Positions 1 through 11,888 of a stretch of 64,000 nucleotides of DNA are shown piece after piece; position 1 is the stretch's first letter; each line of letters begins with the position of its first letter. The notes beneath the pieces are model-generated. The model was not told the origin of the DNA and ran no database searches. It worked only from the letters and a program-made list of their open reading frames with translations. This DNA comes from Raillietiella orientalis (lineage: Eukaryota), in the NCBI GenBank assembly GCA_036172245.1, contig JAYWIR010000001.1, positions 558,001 to 622,000 on the forward strand, in the 5' to 3' direction. Both the position numbers and the translations under genes were made by a program.

Positions 1-921
1 GGTGCGAACCGCTTCGGTTGCGTCAAAGTCCTCGCCGCCCTGCGCGCAGGGACGAAATTCACCCGCGTGCACACGTAGCTTCCTCGTGAACGGTTCAGAG
101 ACGTGCCCAAGGGAACGGCAGAGGTGGTCACGGAGCCGTAGTTTGACAGTTGGGGAGGATCTTTGGTTGTCGTTTTCCCCGGTCCTGAGGAACCCCGTGC
201 GGAATTGCGGTTTCCTTCGATGGATGGCATCTCTTTTGGAGTGCTTGGAGAGATGCTCACTAGCAGTCAGTTTTTGATCCCTAAGAAGCTGCCCTTCGGA
301 TTTTCCTTTTGGAAGAAAACGAGCAAACGCACGGAGAGACACTCTCGTACCATCAGAGATGGGAGTCCAGTACGCAACTTCTTGCAGCAAAGTTGTTTCT
401 TTCCTGTGCGGAGCACCCGCGAGACCGCGTGTTTGTCTCAGCGCCCTCTGCCTCCGTGGACCCGTGATGAGAGTTTCGCCCGCTAGATGGCAGAGCGCGC
501 CGTTTCCTCTTGTTCGCCATCAGGAAGCTGTGGGAATGCGCGTTTTTTTTGGTCTTTTTCGATTTCTCGTGTTCACCTCAGAAGCTCTCACAGGTGTACT
601 GTACATTTCGACGTGTAGCTGCGTTGTAGCCGCAACGCAGAATCGACGGACGAACTACGCTACATTGCGAAAGCAAACCGAGCGCGGACGTGGTACAGGA
701 CGCGGCTTTGCCCATCACCCCACGAGACTTTCGATCGGGCATCGCACCCCTGACTGACCTGTACAGTCGAAAGAGCCGACTGTACTGTGGAAACGCCCTG
801 CTCAGAAGGAACTCTGCAATCCCCCGGAGTGGCAAAGCCGCCCGCCGATGAATACGTCGACTCGGAAGGAAATTGCTGAAGTCTCCCATAGCGTGATGGA
901 TGCATTCGTCTTCTGCATGAG

Positions 922-1068
922 ATCAAAAAGCGAAGGAAGGAAGCGTAAAAACCTCCGAATGTTCATGTTTTCGGAATGGATCGAACGCTGGCTGTGCACC
1001 CCTTCCGGGCACCGGTCGTGGTCAGATGGACGGGTATTCGTCTGTTTGCCTTTCCTCTTCTTCTTCTG
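922..1068 (+). CDS. Candidate upstream Cav1 C-terminal exon
   Basis: Open frame (D)QKAKEGSVKTSECSCFRNG...QMDGYSSVCLSSSSS ends at a strong donor G|gtaagc whose phase (1) matches the 1469 acceptor. The acceptor is weak or ambiguous (922 or 931), and no conserved motif was recognised. Confidence 0.4.
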
Positions 1069-1468
1069 GTAAGCCGACATGTCCAGAGGTCCGGCAATAC
1101 GTCCAGGAGATCCTGAACTGACCCTTCATGAACGTGACGACGCGGGGAGCACCTGAAGGAGCATCTCTTTCGGACGGCGATCGCGCAGAACAGACTTTAC
1201 CAGAATGCCTCGAGCAGATTCGAACCCGGTCGCCAAAATCCGACGCATCTCGAACAAGCAGAGTCTCCTGTCACTCCCCGTTCCCTGACCCCTTGATGGC
1301 TTGCCCACGACGCCCAGATTTCTCACTAACTCGTCACTGGCGCTTTCCCTCCGCTTTCTCCCGAATGGGCAGCATGAAGCAGCCATCCGTCGCACGCCCC
1401 CCCTGACCATCCGATCCTGCGGCGGTCCACCCAGAGGTGGTCAAACTGCGATGTGCCTTTCCTTCCAG

Positions 1469-2020
1469 TGCCAAGCACGATAGCTAATGGAGTTGCCATG
1501 GGGAAGCGGCTTTCCCGTTCCGTCGCCAGCATTCCCGGAGAGAGGAGCAAAGGGTTGACCAGCGTGCTGGGCTCTGCGGAAAACTTGGTGGGGAGGGTAA
1601 GTTTGACCCGAGAGGCACGCGGACCCTGGTCCGAAAGCGACCCCCGCGCGTGCGTTCGCTCTGGCTGGAGTCTGAGGGCGCTGCGCACCCTGGAGGATGA
1701 GGGGTGTTCGCGGTGTTCCCTCCTGCCCTCGGCCACGCTCACGCCTTCCCTCCCCTCGTCCACCTCCGGATGCCTGCGCCGCGCCGCCGCACGCGAACCG
1801 CCGCGTGTCTATCAAGGTCGTTCTGTGTCAGATTTTAGCCGAGGAAGGCCTCAGCGAGTTCTGTGACCCGGACTTCGTGAAAGCCACCTCGCGGGAAATG
1901 CAGGAAGCGATGAACATGACCCAGGAAGAGTTCGACAGGGCCGCCCATGACCTCCTGCGGGGATACATCGCCGACAATCTCGGGGTGCAGGCGACAGACG
2001 TGGCCGCGGAGACGAAGTAG
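1469..2020 (+). CDS. Cav1: L-type voltage-gated calcium channel alpha-1 subunit (Cav1; Ca-alpha1D/EGL-19/CACNA1C-D family), last two coding exons 1469-1596 and 1832-2020; the gene starts upstream
   Basis: The spliced peptide GLTSVLGSAENLVGR|ILAEEGLSEFCDPDFVKATSREMQEAMNMTQEEFDRAAHDLLRGY matches the Cav1 distal C-terminal element (GSAxxLVxxVLxxEGLG...DPxFV...ExxxAxxxTxEE.xxAAxxLL). Splice sites are ttccag|1469, 1596|gtaagt and tgtcag|1832, all in frame. TAG ends at 2020 and AATAAA follows. Confidence 0.9.
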
Positions 2021-2134
2021 CCGGCGAAAGCGCTTTGATGTGTGGAAGCGCAAGACATTTCAAGTGCCTCAAGCATTTTGGAACGAAAAATGCGATCCGT
2101 GACTCAGCAGTTATATTGAGCGTATTTTTGGAGC

Positions 2135-2140
2135 AATAAA
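2135..2140 (+). terminator. Polyadenylation signal of Cav1
   Basis: AATAAA about 115 nt after the stop codon, followed by T/GT-rich sequence. Confidence 0.7.
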
Positions 2141-2172
2141 TTATTCAGTATTTGGTAAGCCTGCGTTTGTTT

Positions 2173-2350
2173 ACATTGCGGAAGGAAGCCCGCGGCGGTG
2201 GCCTCCGCACACGCGGCACCGGTCGTCGCGGGTTCGATTCCCGCCCGGGGAAGCATCGACACCGACAAGGGGCGGGGGTCGCGTAGGATGGTGCAGGTTG
2301 GCCTCGGTTGGCTTCGGGTGCGTCACTGGTTGACACCCGGTCACGCCGGG
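2173..2350 (+). mobile_element. tRNA-headed SINE-like element, short copy 1
   Basis: B-box GGTTCGATTCC at 2231-2241. The body block ggttggcctcggttggcttcgggtgcgtcactgg is homologous to the copies at 24.8 and 29.1 kb. Flanks gcgtttgttt (2163-2172) and gcgtttattt (2351-2360) are a possible TSD. Confidence 0.6.
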
Positions 2351-2402
2351 GCGTTTATTTCTAAATCCATATGTCTGTGGCAGGACGCTTGATCCTGCCA
2401 CG

Positions 2403-3300
2403 TTACTTATGAATACGAAAAGGAACCTGCCGGAAACTGGCCCTCAGGCCAGCAGAGTGCGCCTCGGCAGCACAGAGGAAGGGGAGACAAACAAAAGAAA
2501 AACATACAACAAAAAATGAAATGAAAAAATGGGGAGAGGAGGCTTGGGAAGGGATCACTGTGTGAGGGAGGGCGTCCTCTGCATCCTTGTAAGGATACCG
2601 GCAAGTTCCTGTTTTATGGTTCCCAGATGGGGACATCTTGACGCCATCCTCATGAAGAAGACAGCAAAATAGATGGCGTCCCTGTGGTTCTGGCCTCCTC
2701 TGGCGTTGCTTCATACAGCCACGATCCCGCCGCATAGGCAGAAAAGTGCTGCTAGGGATGCGGCCGGCGTGAGGGCGTCGCGCAGGAAGGGGAGCTTTAC
2801 AACGTCTCTAGCGTTGCTGCCGGCGGTTCCAAGGGTCGTGGCCAAGCGTCCCCAAAGGGGCTGGAGGGCAATACAGTCCATTAGGAGGCTTGGGAAGAAT
2901 TCCCGCTCCCCACACCTTGCACAGTTTGGGTTCACATACACCCGTGTCCAATGATGGCGGCTGGCGTTGTACGGGAGGTCCAAGTGCAGCAGCATCAATG
3001 CTGACTCATGCCACTTTGAGGGGTGCAGGTGCGGGTGTTCCTGAGCACCGGGGTCCACTACAGGTCTTCCTCCGGAATACCCATTAGCACGCCTCAGCGC
3101 AAAAGCCCATGAGGTCAAGTACTCGGGGTCTCAGCGTCGGTGAGCTGGCCCGTCGTCCACTCGCCCAGTCCTTTCCTCCTTCCAGAGATTTCCACAGCAA
3201 CCTCCTCCCAACTAACCGTAAGGCTGCTGTCCAAGTGTTCCCTAAGGGAGGGCAGCGCGGCGGCGAGGGAGATTCTGCTTGCCTACGCACTCTTCGCGGG
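2403..3300 (-). mobile_element. 5'-truncated, degenerate LINE 3' end (RNase H-bearing I-group-like): end of ORF2 plus T-rich 3' UTR
   Basis: The minus-strand peptide SALMLLHLDLPYNASRHHWTRVYVNPNCARCGEREFFPSLLMDCIALQ...AASLAALF resembles the C-terminal CxxC-x8-H-x4-C knuckle region of I-group ORF2. A T-rich tail follows. Confidence 0.6.
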
Positions 3301-6300
3301 ATCTTCCAGGATCTCCCGGAGCGTGCAGTTGTTCTTACGCGCGCACAGAAAACGTCGCACCTGTTCCGCGCTTGGCTCCTGGATCCGCGCCCACGTGCAC
3401 ACGGTTCCCTGTAACCAGGCACTACCGTTCGCGGGGCGGCACGAGATCCATCCGTTTTTATTCTTTAGAGTGGCCACCTGCCGCAGGCGCAGTCCGCCGG
3501 GGATGCGACTGCATGGGCGGCGCGCAAGGAAGGATGCGAGTCCCATGCTGCCGGTTGCGGTCCTGGTGGAAGCGGAAATCGGATGCCGCCACACACTGAC
3601 CGAGATTGGAAGTTGGTGTTCTAAGTCCTTCCAGGACATCAAGGACACTTTCGGGGCTCCCCTCCAGTTGTGCAACTGGAGCCGTCCATCGCGTACCATG
3701 GAGCTGGACAATACACTCCCTCGAAGGGTTGCCTCTCCAGAATGTTCACAAGCGCGCTGCTCCCTTCCAGAAGAGGAGCAGGAGGAGGAAGAAAAGAGGA
3801 AGGGGAGAACATGAAAAGGGAGGATAAGAAAGAAAAAAGGGGGGAGGAGGAAGAGAAAAAGAAGGGAGACCTCGAACGATCTTAGGGGATGCCTGCCTGC
3901 CCACTGGGAAGGGGTGGGGACAGGGAAAAGTGCTTCGCTCCCGACGCCCCACGCAAGGGGAATGGATGTCGCGCGCACGCGCACTCGCCCTGCCACGCAG
4001 CGAAAGAGTGCGGAAGCGCCTGCCCTCATGCGTTTCGTTGCCTCTCGGCGGTGCGTAGGGGAGGACAGGTAGTAGAAGGAGGGTGAGGTGGAGGCGATGG
4101 CGACCGCCGGCACCACCCTGAACCCCGCCTGCCTTCTCTCGACGCCAGCGCACTCATGAGACGGCGACGGAGGCAACGAAGCGCTTAGTGACGTCACGTT
4201 CCTCGTGGCGTCGCGAAAACCCGCAGACGAGACGGGGAGCACACGGATGCGGAAAACAAGATGGCAGGCGACGGTCTCGTTGGCCGCGAACCCCTTCCTG
4301 CCGGACAGGTGGAGCTTGTCCGGGCCTCTGAAGGGGGGGGAGCTCACCCTCGCTTTGCGCTGCCCGGGGAAAACTCGGCGTACGGACGGAGGAAGAACCG
4401 GTTCCGGAAGTCTGGTGGCCGTCGCGGCTCCTCGCAAACTGGAAAAAGCATCTTCTCTCCTGCGGTCTCGCAAGGACGTGCCAGACCCCGAAGCGGGGAC
4501 AATGAGGGAACGGACCCACCTCCCGCGGCCCGGGCGGTCCTGTGAGTCCCCTTTGCCCGCGACAGCCTGCACCGATGAAGCCCATTTCGAGCAAGGATAG
4601 TCCGGAGAAGCGGCTGCAGAGGCGCCAGGGAGCGAGGGGGGCGGAGTACTCTCGCGGCGGCCCCACGGTGCGCCACCTCGTGAGAAGCGCTCGGAGTTAC
4701 AGTTTGCGATTCCGAGTGTAGATGGAGGGATGTGCGCTGCCTTCGCCCTCGGCCGGAGCGACACCTCCATGGGAAATCCGTTGGCGCAGTAAGGTCGCAC
4801 AGGAAGCGACATGGAGCCGACCAGACCGACGATCCACGTGGACGCACCACTGAGAATCCTGAAGGAGAGGCAGGAAGAATCCCCGTGAAATCAAAAAAGA
4901 CTAAGCGAGGGAGCAAGCGAGACCGTTCTCGTGTACCTCCTGATTGATGAGTACTCGAGAGAGCTGACCCCGAGAGTCCCCAAATTCGCAGTGATCTGGA
5001 ACGAAGAATTCTGTTTTTTTTTTTTTTTCCTTCCCTTTTCCAGCTTTGTTTTTTGTTTGTATTTGTTGTTGTTCGACACGCACAGCTGAATCCTCGCTTC
5101 TCGTGCCTTCCCAAGCCAGGAACACCTCAACGCGAGACAAAGATGTCACATTGCTGAAACGCGGAAGAACTTCAGGAGGAAGCGGCCGCACGCACACTTC
5201 CTCTTCCTGCTGCGAATGCACACCTCGAGCGGGTAAATCGGGACCTTCCCACGCGCACTCGGGGTGGCGCGGCGAAACTGAGAACCCGGATCGACTTTGC
5301 TTTCAGAGAAGTCCGGCAGAGGGGAGGAAAGGTCGCTGCTGAGACGCTCGCCCTGCGCTCCCACGAAACGAACTTTCGAAAGGCAACACCGAGTCCGCTT
5401 TTGACCTCCGCGTTCGGACTTTGCGCCCGCGTGGATCCCTGGATCCTCCTACCAGTCAGGTCCGATTCAAGCGAACCCTTCCTGGAGTGCGAGTCGGGAA
5501 AAAAAGTCCCAGACAAAAAAAAAATTACAAAAATGTTGGCATCGCAACCGACAGCGCTGGTTGCAGTCCCCATGGTGACAGCGTGATCGCGCTCGAGTCT
5601 TCACGATGAGAGCGTGGATCCCTCGATCCTGATGCCCTTCTCCCTTTTTCGTTTCAAGAGACCTAAAAAGGGAGAATGGGAAGGAGGATTTTCGGAGTGC
5701 CGAGAAGGCCTCCGGCAGTGGTCATTTTCTCACGCAGGCGGTCGTCCCGAGGCCCACCGAAAGAGACGACGTGCCGTGCACAGCTTGGTTCCGCCGCTGG
5801 TCCTCTCGCAAGCGGTCGCCACGGATACCACGGGTAGCTCCCTCTTTCCGGAAGCCGCTCTCTGGTGACGTCTCTCCGCCTCCTCGACAGTCCCATCGCA
5901 GTGCTTCCGGGCGGGGCCGCGCGAGAACACCGCCGTCCTCTTGCGCGCGCGCGCCCCCGCAGGCGACGCTGCCCGGGCGTCCCTGCCCTTCGGGATCGGG
6001 AGGCGCTCGCCCTTCCCGCCGGCGCGCGAGACGCAGCGCGGGCGGCGGCACTCTCTCCCGGTCACGCACCCTCAGCGAGGGCTTCCGGACTCTTCCCCCG
6101 GAAAAAAAGGGCGCGTGCGCAGCCGCCTCCGCCCGGTTATCGGGGTCGACAGAAAGCGAAGCGCGCGCGCGCGCGAGATAGGGATCCGCGCGCGCGCCGC
6201 GGCAGAGGTTCGTGCGGCGGCGGCGTTCGCCGCTGCAGGCGTCTTGGCGCTGCGCGCGCAGCCGGACCGGAGCAATGCGGGCCGGCGCGTGCGCGCGTCG

Positions 6301-6949
6301 GCGTCCTCGTCGCCTTCCCTCCGCTGCCCCCCCATCCACCCCGTTGTCCGGGAAACGAGCACGCGCGCTATTTACGAACGAAAGCGCTCGGAGGAACTCT
6401 TCCTGCTCGCTTGTGAGCGCCGCCGCTGGCGCCCGAGGCGCTGGAGTCGCACGGACTTCTCCCCGCGGTCCTTCCAGGGCGCGTGAGCAGGGGAGGGAAG
6501 GCTGCCGCGCAGGGCGAAAGGGGAAGAGGATGCAAGGGCAGCGGAAGCGCCCTCTCACGGCGGAAGGAGGGACCCAGCGATCCGCTCGCTCCTTCCGGGG
6601 AGAACGGCCCTTAAAGAACGCAGCCCCAGCGTCCTTCCCCAGTCCGAGACCCGGCCCAGGCGGCAGCGACCCTTCCACGGAGGCGGCCGAGTCTGCGAGG
6701 GCTCATTCGGGCAACCGCGCCCGGGGTGTCCGAAGCGCGCCCTTTGCCCGCACCCGACGGTTTCGCGTCCAAGGGCGGGCTCACGGGAAACGAGGAAATC
6801 CGGGATGCCGTCACCAAAGGGCTCCAGCGCACGCCGACTCCCCAATGGCGGCGACGGCAGCGACGCGGCTCCCGGAGCGTCGCAAAGGATACGCGGATGG
6901 GGGCCTTCGTGGTCCGCGTCCCGGAAGCTCCGGTCGACTGCGGGGAGAA

Positions 6950-7200
6950 AGGAGGAGCAGTAAGAAGATGACTGGAGGAAGGAAGAACAAAGGATGAAAA
7001 GATGAAGGAAGAGAGGAGGGGAAAGGGAAGAGGAAGGGTGGAAGAGAAGGAGGAGGAGGAAAATATGTGGAAGGGGAAGGGGAAAAAAGTAAGGAGGAGG
7101 AGGAGGAGGAGGAAAGCAGCAGGAGGAAGGTAGGGGGAAAAGAAAAGGAGGGAGGGAGGAAGAAGGAATAAAAAGAAGAGAAGAGAGGGAGGAGGAGGCC
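6950..7200. repeat. Polypurine (GA-rich) low-complexity tract; a similar tract lies at about 3770-3870
   Basis: Almost pure A/G on the + strand (gaggag/ggaag/gaaaag units). Confidence 0.9.
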
Positions 7201-8479
7201 TCGTCATTCCTGGAGTCACTGGCGTGAGAGAGCGAGGGAGGCGTCCCCCTTTCCGGGTGCGGGCGGGAGAGGCGTCCCTCGCGGGGAGCGCGCGGCCGGC
7301 GGAGACACACATTCGGCTAGCGACTGACACACTTTGGCCTGCGGCACGGCAGCCGACATACTTTTGACCCGCGAGGGGGCCTCGCGGGAGGAGGTGGGAC
7401 ACAAACATGGCTCCGGCGCCGACTGACCCACTTTCGCTGCTCCCGGGTCGCCGGGGCGGCGGAGACGGGCCGTGAGGGTCCCAGAGGCCCACCCTGGAAA
7501 GCAGCCCTGTCCTTGGGGGCGCGGCGACTCTGTCGCCGTTGCCCCGCCAACCCCTGACAGCCCCCTGCCCTTTTCCCACGGCCCCTCTTTTTCATCCCTT
7601 GGCGAAGGTGCCTCGGGGCGATTGCCAAGCAGCGGGACGACGCCCGATGCCGGCCCTCTGGCGGAGGAAGTCGGAGACGGTTCGGCAGCGGCGCGCCCTC
7701 GCCCCCTGCACTTCCTGGGGTTCCGATCTGCAGTCTCACTTGCACCGCGGCTCGGCGACCCTTCTCACACAGGGTCGCTACGCAGCCCTTAGGCGCTCCC
7801 ACCGCTCGCTAACACAGGAGGACGGCCTGCGCGGACTGACAGACGGGAAAGCGGCAGCAGCTACGACCGCTACCGCGACCCCCTTCCGCCCTCTCGGTGC
7901 GCCCTTTCGGGTCCCGCCCGCAGGAAAACCAACAGGGAGGGACTCCGCCCCGGACGACCAACCGCCTTCTTCCCTGCGTATTTTCCAGGAGCGCCGGAAG
8001 CGCCTCCTCCTGGGGCCCGCTCGCGGAGGCGCCTCGCTGCTTGCCGGGACGGCCCGCGGCCGTCGCGCGGTGGCTATGCCATCGGTCACTGCCATGCTGC
8101 CCGCCCACCTTTGGTGGCTCTCCCATGCTCCTCCTCCTTTTCCCTTCCCTCTTATCCTCCCTTTTTATCCTTCTCCTACCTTCCGCCTCCTTCTCCTCCT
8201 CCCCTCTCCCGCCCCCTTTTTCGATCTTTACCTGCTTCTTTCTTGTTCCTCTTCCTCTTCACCTCCCTCTCCTCTTCCTTTTACCCTTGGGGCTTCTGTG
8301 CGCTACGTGAGAGCTGCGGGAGAGCTCTCACCTTCCGGGATAACACGCAGCGGCCGCTTCGTCCCGTGGCGCGCCTCTTTCTCGGAGGCTCCTGGACGCC
8401 CCGCTTGCAGCGCCCCTTGCGCTCACGTGTTCCGCTCTCTCTCCCTGACAGCGCACTCGGCTGGGAACGCTCGCCCGCG

Positions 8480-8850
8480 CCCTCCCGCATGATGAATGCC
8501 AGGCACAACGCAAGTCCGAGAGTGGTCTCGGGACAGCGCCGCGCCGGTTCGCCAACATGCGGGGGAGTGGGGCGGCGACCTCGGCGCAGCACGAGTGCTC
8601 TGCCCTCCCGGAGAGAGCATGCAGGGCGTGTTTCCCACCCTGGTGGGGCCGGCCGGCTTTCGCGGAGGGTCTCGTGGAAAGGGAGCGGACATGGACCGCA
8701 TCGTGAGCTGCCCCTCGCTCCACTGGTGGACGGCAGACATGGCACCGCAGACTGGCAGGTGCCGGCGCGTCGATCAGCATCTGCTGAAGACGCTGAGCAG
8801 TTCGAGACGGCTCTGCATCCCAGGGTGGGAGCTACCACCCTCCTTTTGGC
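8480..8850 (+). mobile_element. Eroded LINE reverse transcriptase thumb-region relic
   Basis: RIVSCPSLHWWTADMAPQTGRCRRVDQHLLKTLSS resembles the GVxxDxxLxWxxHI...CxxxxNxLKxLS segment of I-group RT. By-eye match only. Confidence 0.35.
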
Positions 8851-9619
8851 GAGGCAGCGGTTGGGCGGCGCGGGAGGGAAGGGTGTCGCGCGCCTCCCTG
8901 TGAAGGGGAGGGGGTGCGAGGGTGAGGGAGAAGGGAACTTGGCGCGCGGGAGCGCTGCAGGATCTGCGCTTGGGGGCGAAAACGGTTGCTCTCCTCTAGG
9001 TCGAGGGAGCACCCTGTCCTCCGGGAGAGGTCCACCTTGGCTCAGGGGGACGACGACCCTCCTGATGATGATGACATCCAGGTCGAAGGAAGCCGCCACT
9101 GCCTAGAGCTACCGCCTTTCGCCGGCTGAGGTCGCCGCAGACGGCCGCGATGGCTGCATCTGGAGACCGCCGAGGACCGGCGGTCTTCCGAGGGTCTCCG
9201 GAAGACCCGAGGTCAGGCCCTCCCGTTGGTTGCCAGCGAGCCCTGGTCCCCTCGGTCATCCCAGCACGGAAGGGTCGCTCCCCTGGCGCCGCCGCCGGTC
9301 CGCCGGCCTGCAGTTTCCTCGCGAGAGCCGCGGGCTCGACGCCCGTGGGGTGGCGGCGCGCGGAATTAGCGAAGCCATAATCCCTCCCCTCCACCCCTCC
9401 ACCCGGCTGCTCGGTGGCGGTCCCACAGGAGCGCTCGTGCCACTCTCTAATGGGCTCCCCATCTGATCGACAGGGGAGGGACTTCTGGAGCGGGAGGCCG
9501 AAGGTGCAGTGGAAGGAGGAAGGGAGCGTTTCCAGGGAAAACCAGCAGGCTTTGAGAGGTCCCCGGAGACTCAGGGATGCCATCAACAGGCGGTGCTGAG
9601 CATCCGAGGATGGCAGCAC

Positions 9620-9875
9620 ACAGAAGAAGAGAAAGAGGAAGGGAGGAGGAAGGAAGGAAGGAAGGAGGAGGCAGAGAGGAAGAGGTGGTAAAGGAAGAAG
9701 AAAGGAAAGAAAGAGGTGGAGGAAGAAGAGTAGGAGAAAGAACTGAGGAAGGAATGAGGAAGAAGAAAGGAAAAGGAGGAAGAAGGGAGGAAGAGAGGAG
9801 GAGGAAGAAAGGAAAAGGAGGAAGAAGGGAGGAAGAGAGGAGGAGGAAGAAAAAGAGGGGAAGAGGAGGATAGAA
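9620..9875. repeat. Polypurine tract containing a tandem duplication of about 42 bp
   Basis: A/G-only sequence; the unit gaagaaaggaaaaggaggaagaagggaggaagagaggaggag occurs twice in tandem. Confidence 0.85.
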
Positions 9876-10769
9876 AACAGGGTAAACTCTTTCGTCCTTC
9901 TAGACCTCAGTTCTCTTCTAGGCATCCGGGCAGCCGAGTGCGACGCGCCACGTGACGTCGCCAGAGGCCGCGTCACATGGCGCGCGGATGGATGGAGCTG
10001 GCGTTGCCCAAGGCCCAGCAGCGTGGCGCGGTGGACAGGTCGCTCCTTCCCTTCGACGGCTGCGGGCGGATTACGGCAAAAGAGGATGAGGAAACCGCAG
10101 CTTCCCGGACGGCGAAAGAAGACTCGTTTCCAAGTGGGCGCCGCGACCCCGGCGACTCCGGAGCGCCGTCGTCCCGGAGGGGGAGTATGCCCCTCCCTGT
10201 GAGGACCGCCCGGGGGGAGACCTCCTCTCAGTGGGGCAGGCGAGGAGTCCGGGCAGGAAGGAAGTCGTCGGGGCTTGCGAACCGGGGAGGGAAAACGGGT
10301 CAGCGGCGTGGCGGACGCCCGAAGGTTCATCGAAGATTCGTTCTTCCTTCCTTCCGCTTGAATGGTGCCACGTTGCCTGGGGCTACCGACTCGAAGAAGC
10401 GAACACGCGCGCGCAAAAAAAAAAAAAAAAAGAAGCGAAACAATCAGTGGAGAAATCTGTTCCAGCGTGTTTGTGTGTTACGACTCTTCGAAAGAGATCG
10501 TTGGGTGGAGAGGCGGAGGGAGAAAGGGGGGGAGGGGAAGTATCACGTGCCGAAGCTCTCTCGAAGCAAAGTAAACAGCGGAGAGCCAGAAAAAAGGGTA
10601 AAAGGTCAGGGATATTTCTCCAAAGCGGCTCTTCGAGAGCGGGTTCTGCCTGGATTCCTGTTGGGAATGCTGCGGCGAACGACCGGCACACGGTTGAATT
10701 TGGCGCGATCTTCCCGCGCGGAGGCGAGCACGCAGGATGGGATCCATCGTCACGGGCGGCACCAGTGGC

Positions 10770-10817
10770 CAGCAGCAGCAGCAGCTACTGCTGCTGCTGC
10801 TGCTGCTGCTGGAAGCC

Positions 10818-10866
<49 letters not shown>
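10770..10866. repeat. Compound CAG/CTG trinucleotide microsatellite
   Basis: (CAG)5 CTA (CTG)8 GAAGCCA (CTG)16, read directly. Confidence 0.95.
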
Positions 10867-10868
<2 letters not shown>

Positions 10869-11415
10869 GCGTCGTCGTCACGACGCAGCAGCCATTTGCA
10901 TGCGCGCCAAGACACGGGCCGCCTGGCAGCGCCGCGGATGCTCCCCCGGGAGCCTGCGGAAAAGCGCCCGCCCGCTCGCCACCGCGGCAAAAGTGAAATG
11001 CCCGCTGGTCTCATTTCCCGCAATTGAAAACGCAGCTGAAAGTGATGGGAACGGCAACGACGGGGAGATGGAAAGCGAAAGAGATGAGCCATGCGGCACT
11101 CTCGACGGAAAAAAAGAGAGAGAGAGAGAAGAGGAAGGAAGAGAAGGAAAAAAAAAAAAAAGAGCGAAGAACGGGTTGTTCTCATTGACATTCATTCGAA
11201 GAGGGGAGTAAGAAGAAGAAAAAAGGAAAACTGAAAATGAAGAGTCGCTGACACAGTTTTTCGGAGATTTCTCGAAGCAGGAAAGGCGGCCGTTGCCTAG
11301 CGACCCAAACAAACAAGCCGTGGTTTTTTGGCAGCCTGCTTCCTTCTCGGTCAAATTTCATTTTGTTTTGATTGTTATTTTTCCTTCGGGAGTCCCCCCC
11401 CAACACACCTTCGTG

Positions 11416-11850
11416 ATGCCGCCTAATTGCTGCTTTGGCAGAAAGAGCTGCGGTACCTGCTGCAGCTGCTGCTGCGGCCCGTGTGGCCCGCGCTGCGGAG
11501 GCAATGAATGCTGCGGTTACCCCCCGGAGATGAACCCGCCATTCTGCTGTCCAGGAAGCTGCCGACCTCCTTGCCGTTCGTCGTACCAGTCCTCCTGCTT
11601 CCCGTGTCAGCCTACCTGCTTCCCGTGCCAACCCACTTGCGTCACCATCCCTGTCCCCTGCTGCCCCGTGCCTCCGTGCGCCCCTTGTCCTTGCCCGGCG
11701 CCCCCGGTGCCATGCCCCGCTGAAAGGCCTCCGCCGGCTCCCTGCGCGCCCATCCCCCGGTTCCAGTGTGTGTGCCCTCCGCCTTCCGACTGCGACAGGG
11801 GCAGCGCCTGCTGCCCCGGTCCGTGCCGGATCAGAGGGTGTCCCTTCTAG
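11416..11850 (+). CDS. Single-exon 144-aa Cys/Pro-rich protein (CGP/CxP repeats; sperm-tail Mst/ODF1-like or keratin-associated-like)
   Basis: ATG 11416 to TAG 11850. About 35 Cys and about 39 Pro with varied codons, so not a simple nucleotide repeat. Motifs CCCGPCGPRCGG and CFPCQPTCFPCQPTC. AATAAA at 11883-11888, AT-rich leader upstream, no signal peptide. Confidence 0.8.
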   Translation: MPPNCCFGRKSCGTCCSCCCGPCGPRCGGNECCGYPPEMNPPFCCPGSCRPPCRSSYQSSCFPCQPTCFPCQPTCVTIPVPCCPVPPCAPCPCPAPPVPCPAERPPPAPCAPIPRFQCVCPPPSDCDRGSACCPGPCRIRGCPF

Positions 11851-11882
11851 ACGTGGTCGTGTCGGCCCGGTGGCCGTCTGTG

Positions 11883-11888
11883 AATAAA
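11883..11888 (+). terminator. Polyadenylation signal of the Cys/Pro-rich gene
   Basis: AATAAA 32 nt after the stop, in otherwise GC-rich DNA. Confidence 0.7.

Noticed and set aside
2187..2250. tRNA gene
   Set aside because: A T-loop/B-box is present, but there is no convincing cloverleaf, acceptor stem or poly-T terminator, and it continues into a repeat body. Treated as a SINE-like head.
8999..9129. Plus-strand terminal exon (…QGDDDPPDDDDIQVEGS…stop)
   Set aside because: It has an acceptor and acidic codons, but no upstream exons or poly(A) signal could be linked, and the adjacent sequence looks like a LINE relic.
9977..10996. ORF with a poly-Cys run as a second Cys-rich protein
   Set aside because: The run is simply the CTG microsatellite read as TGC; the rest is not protein-like.
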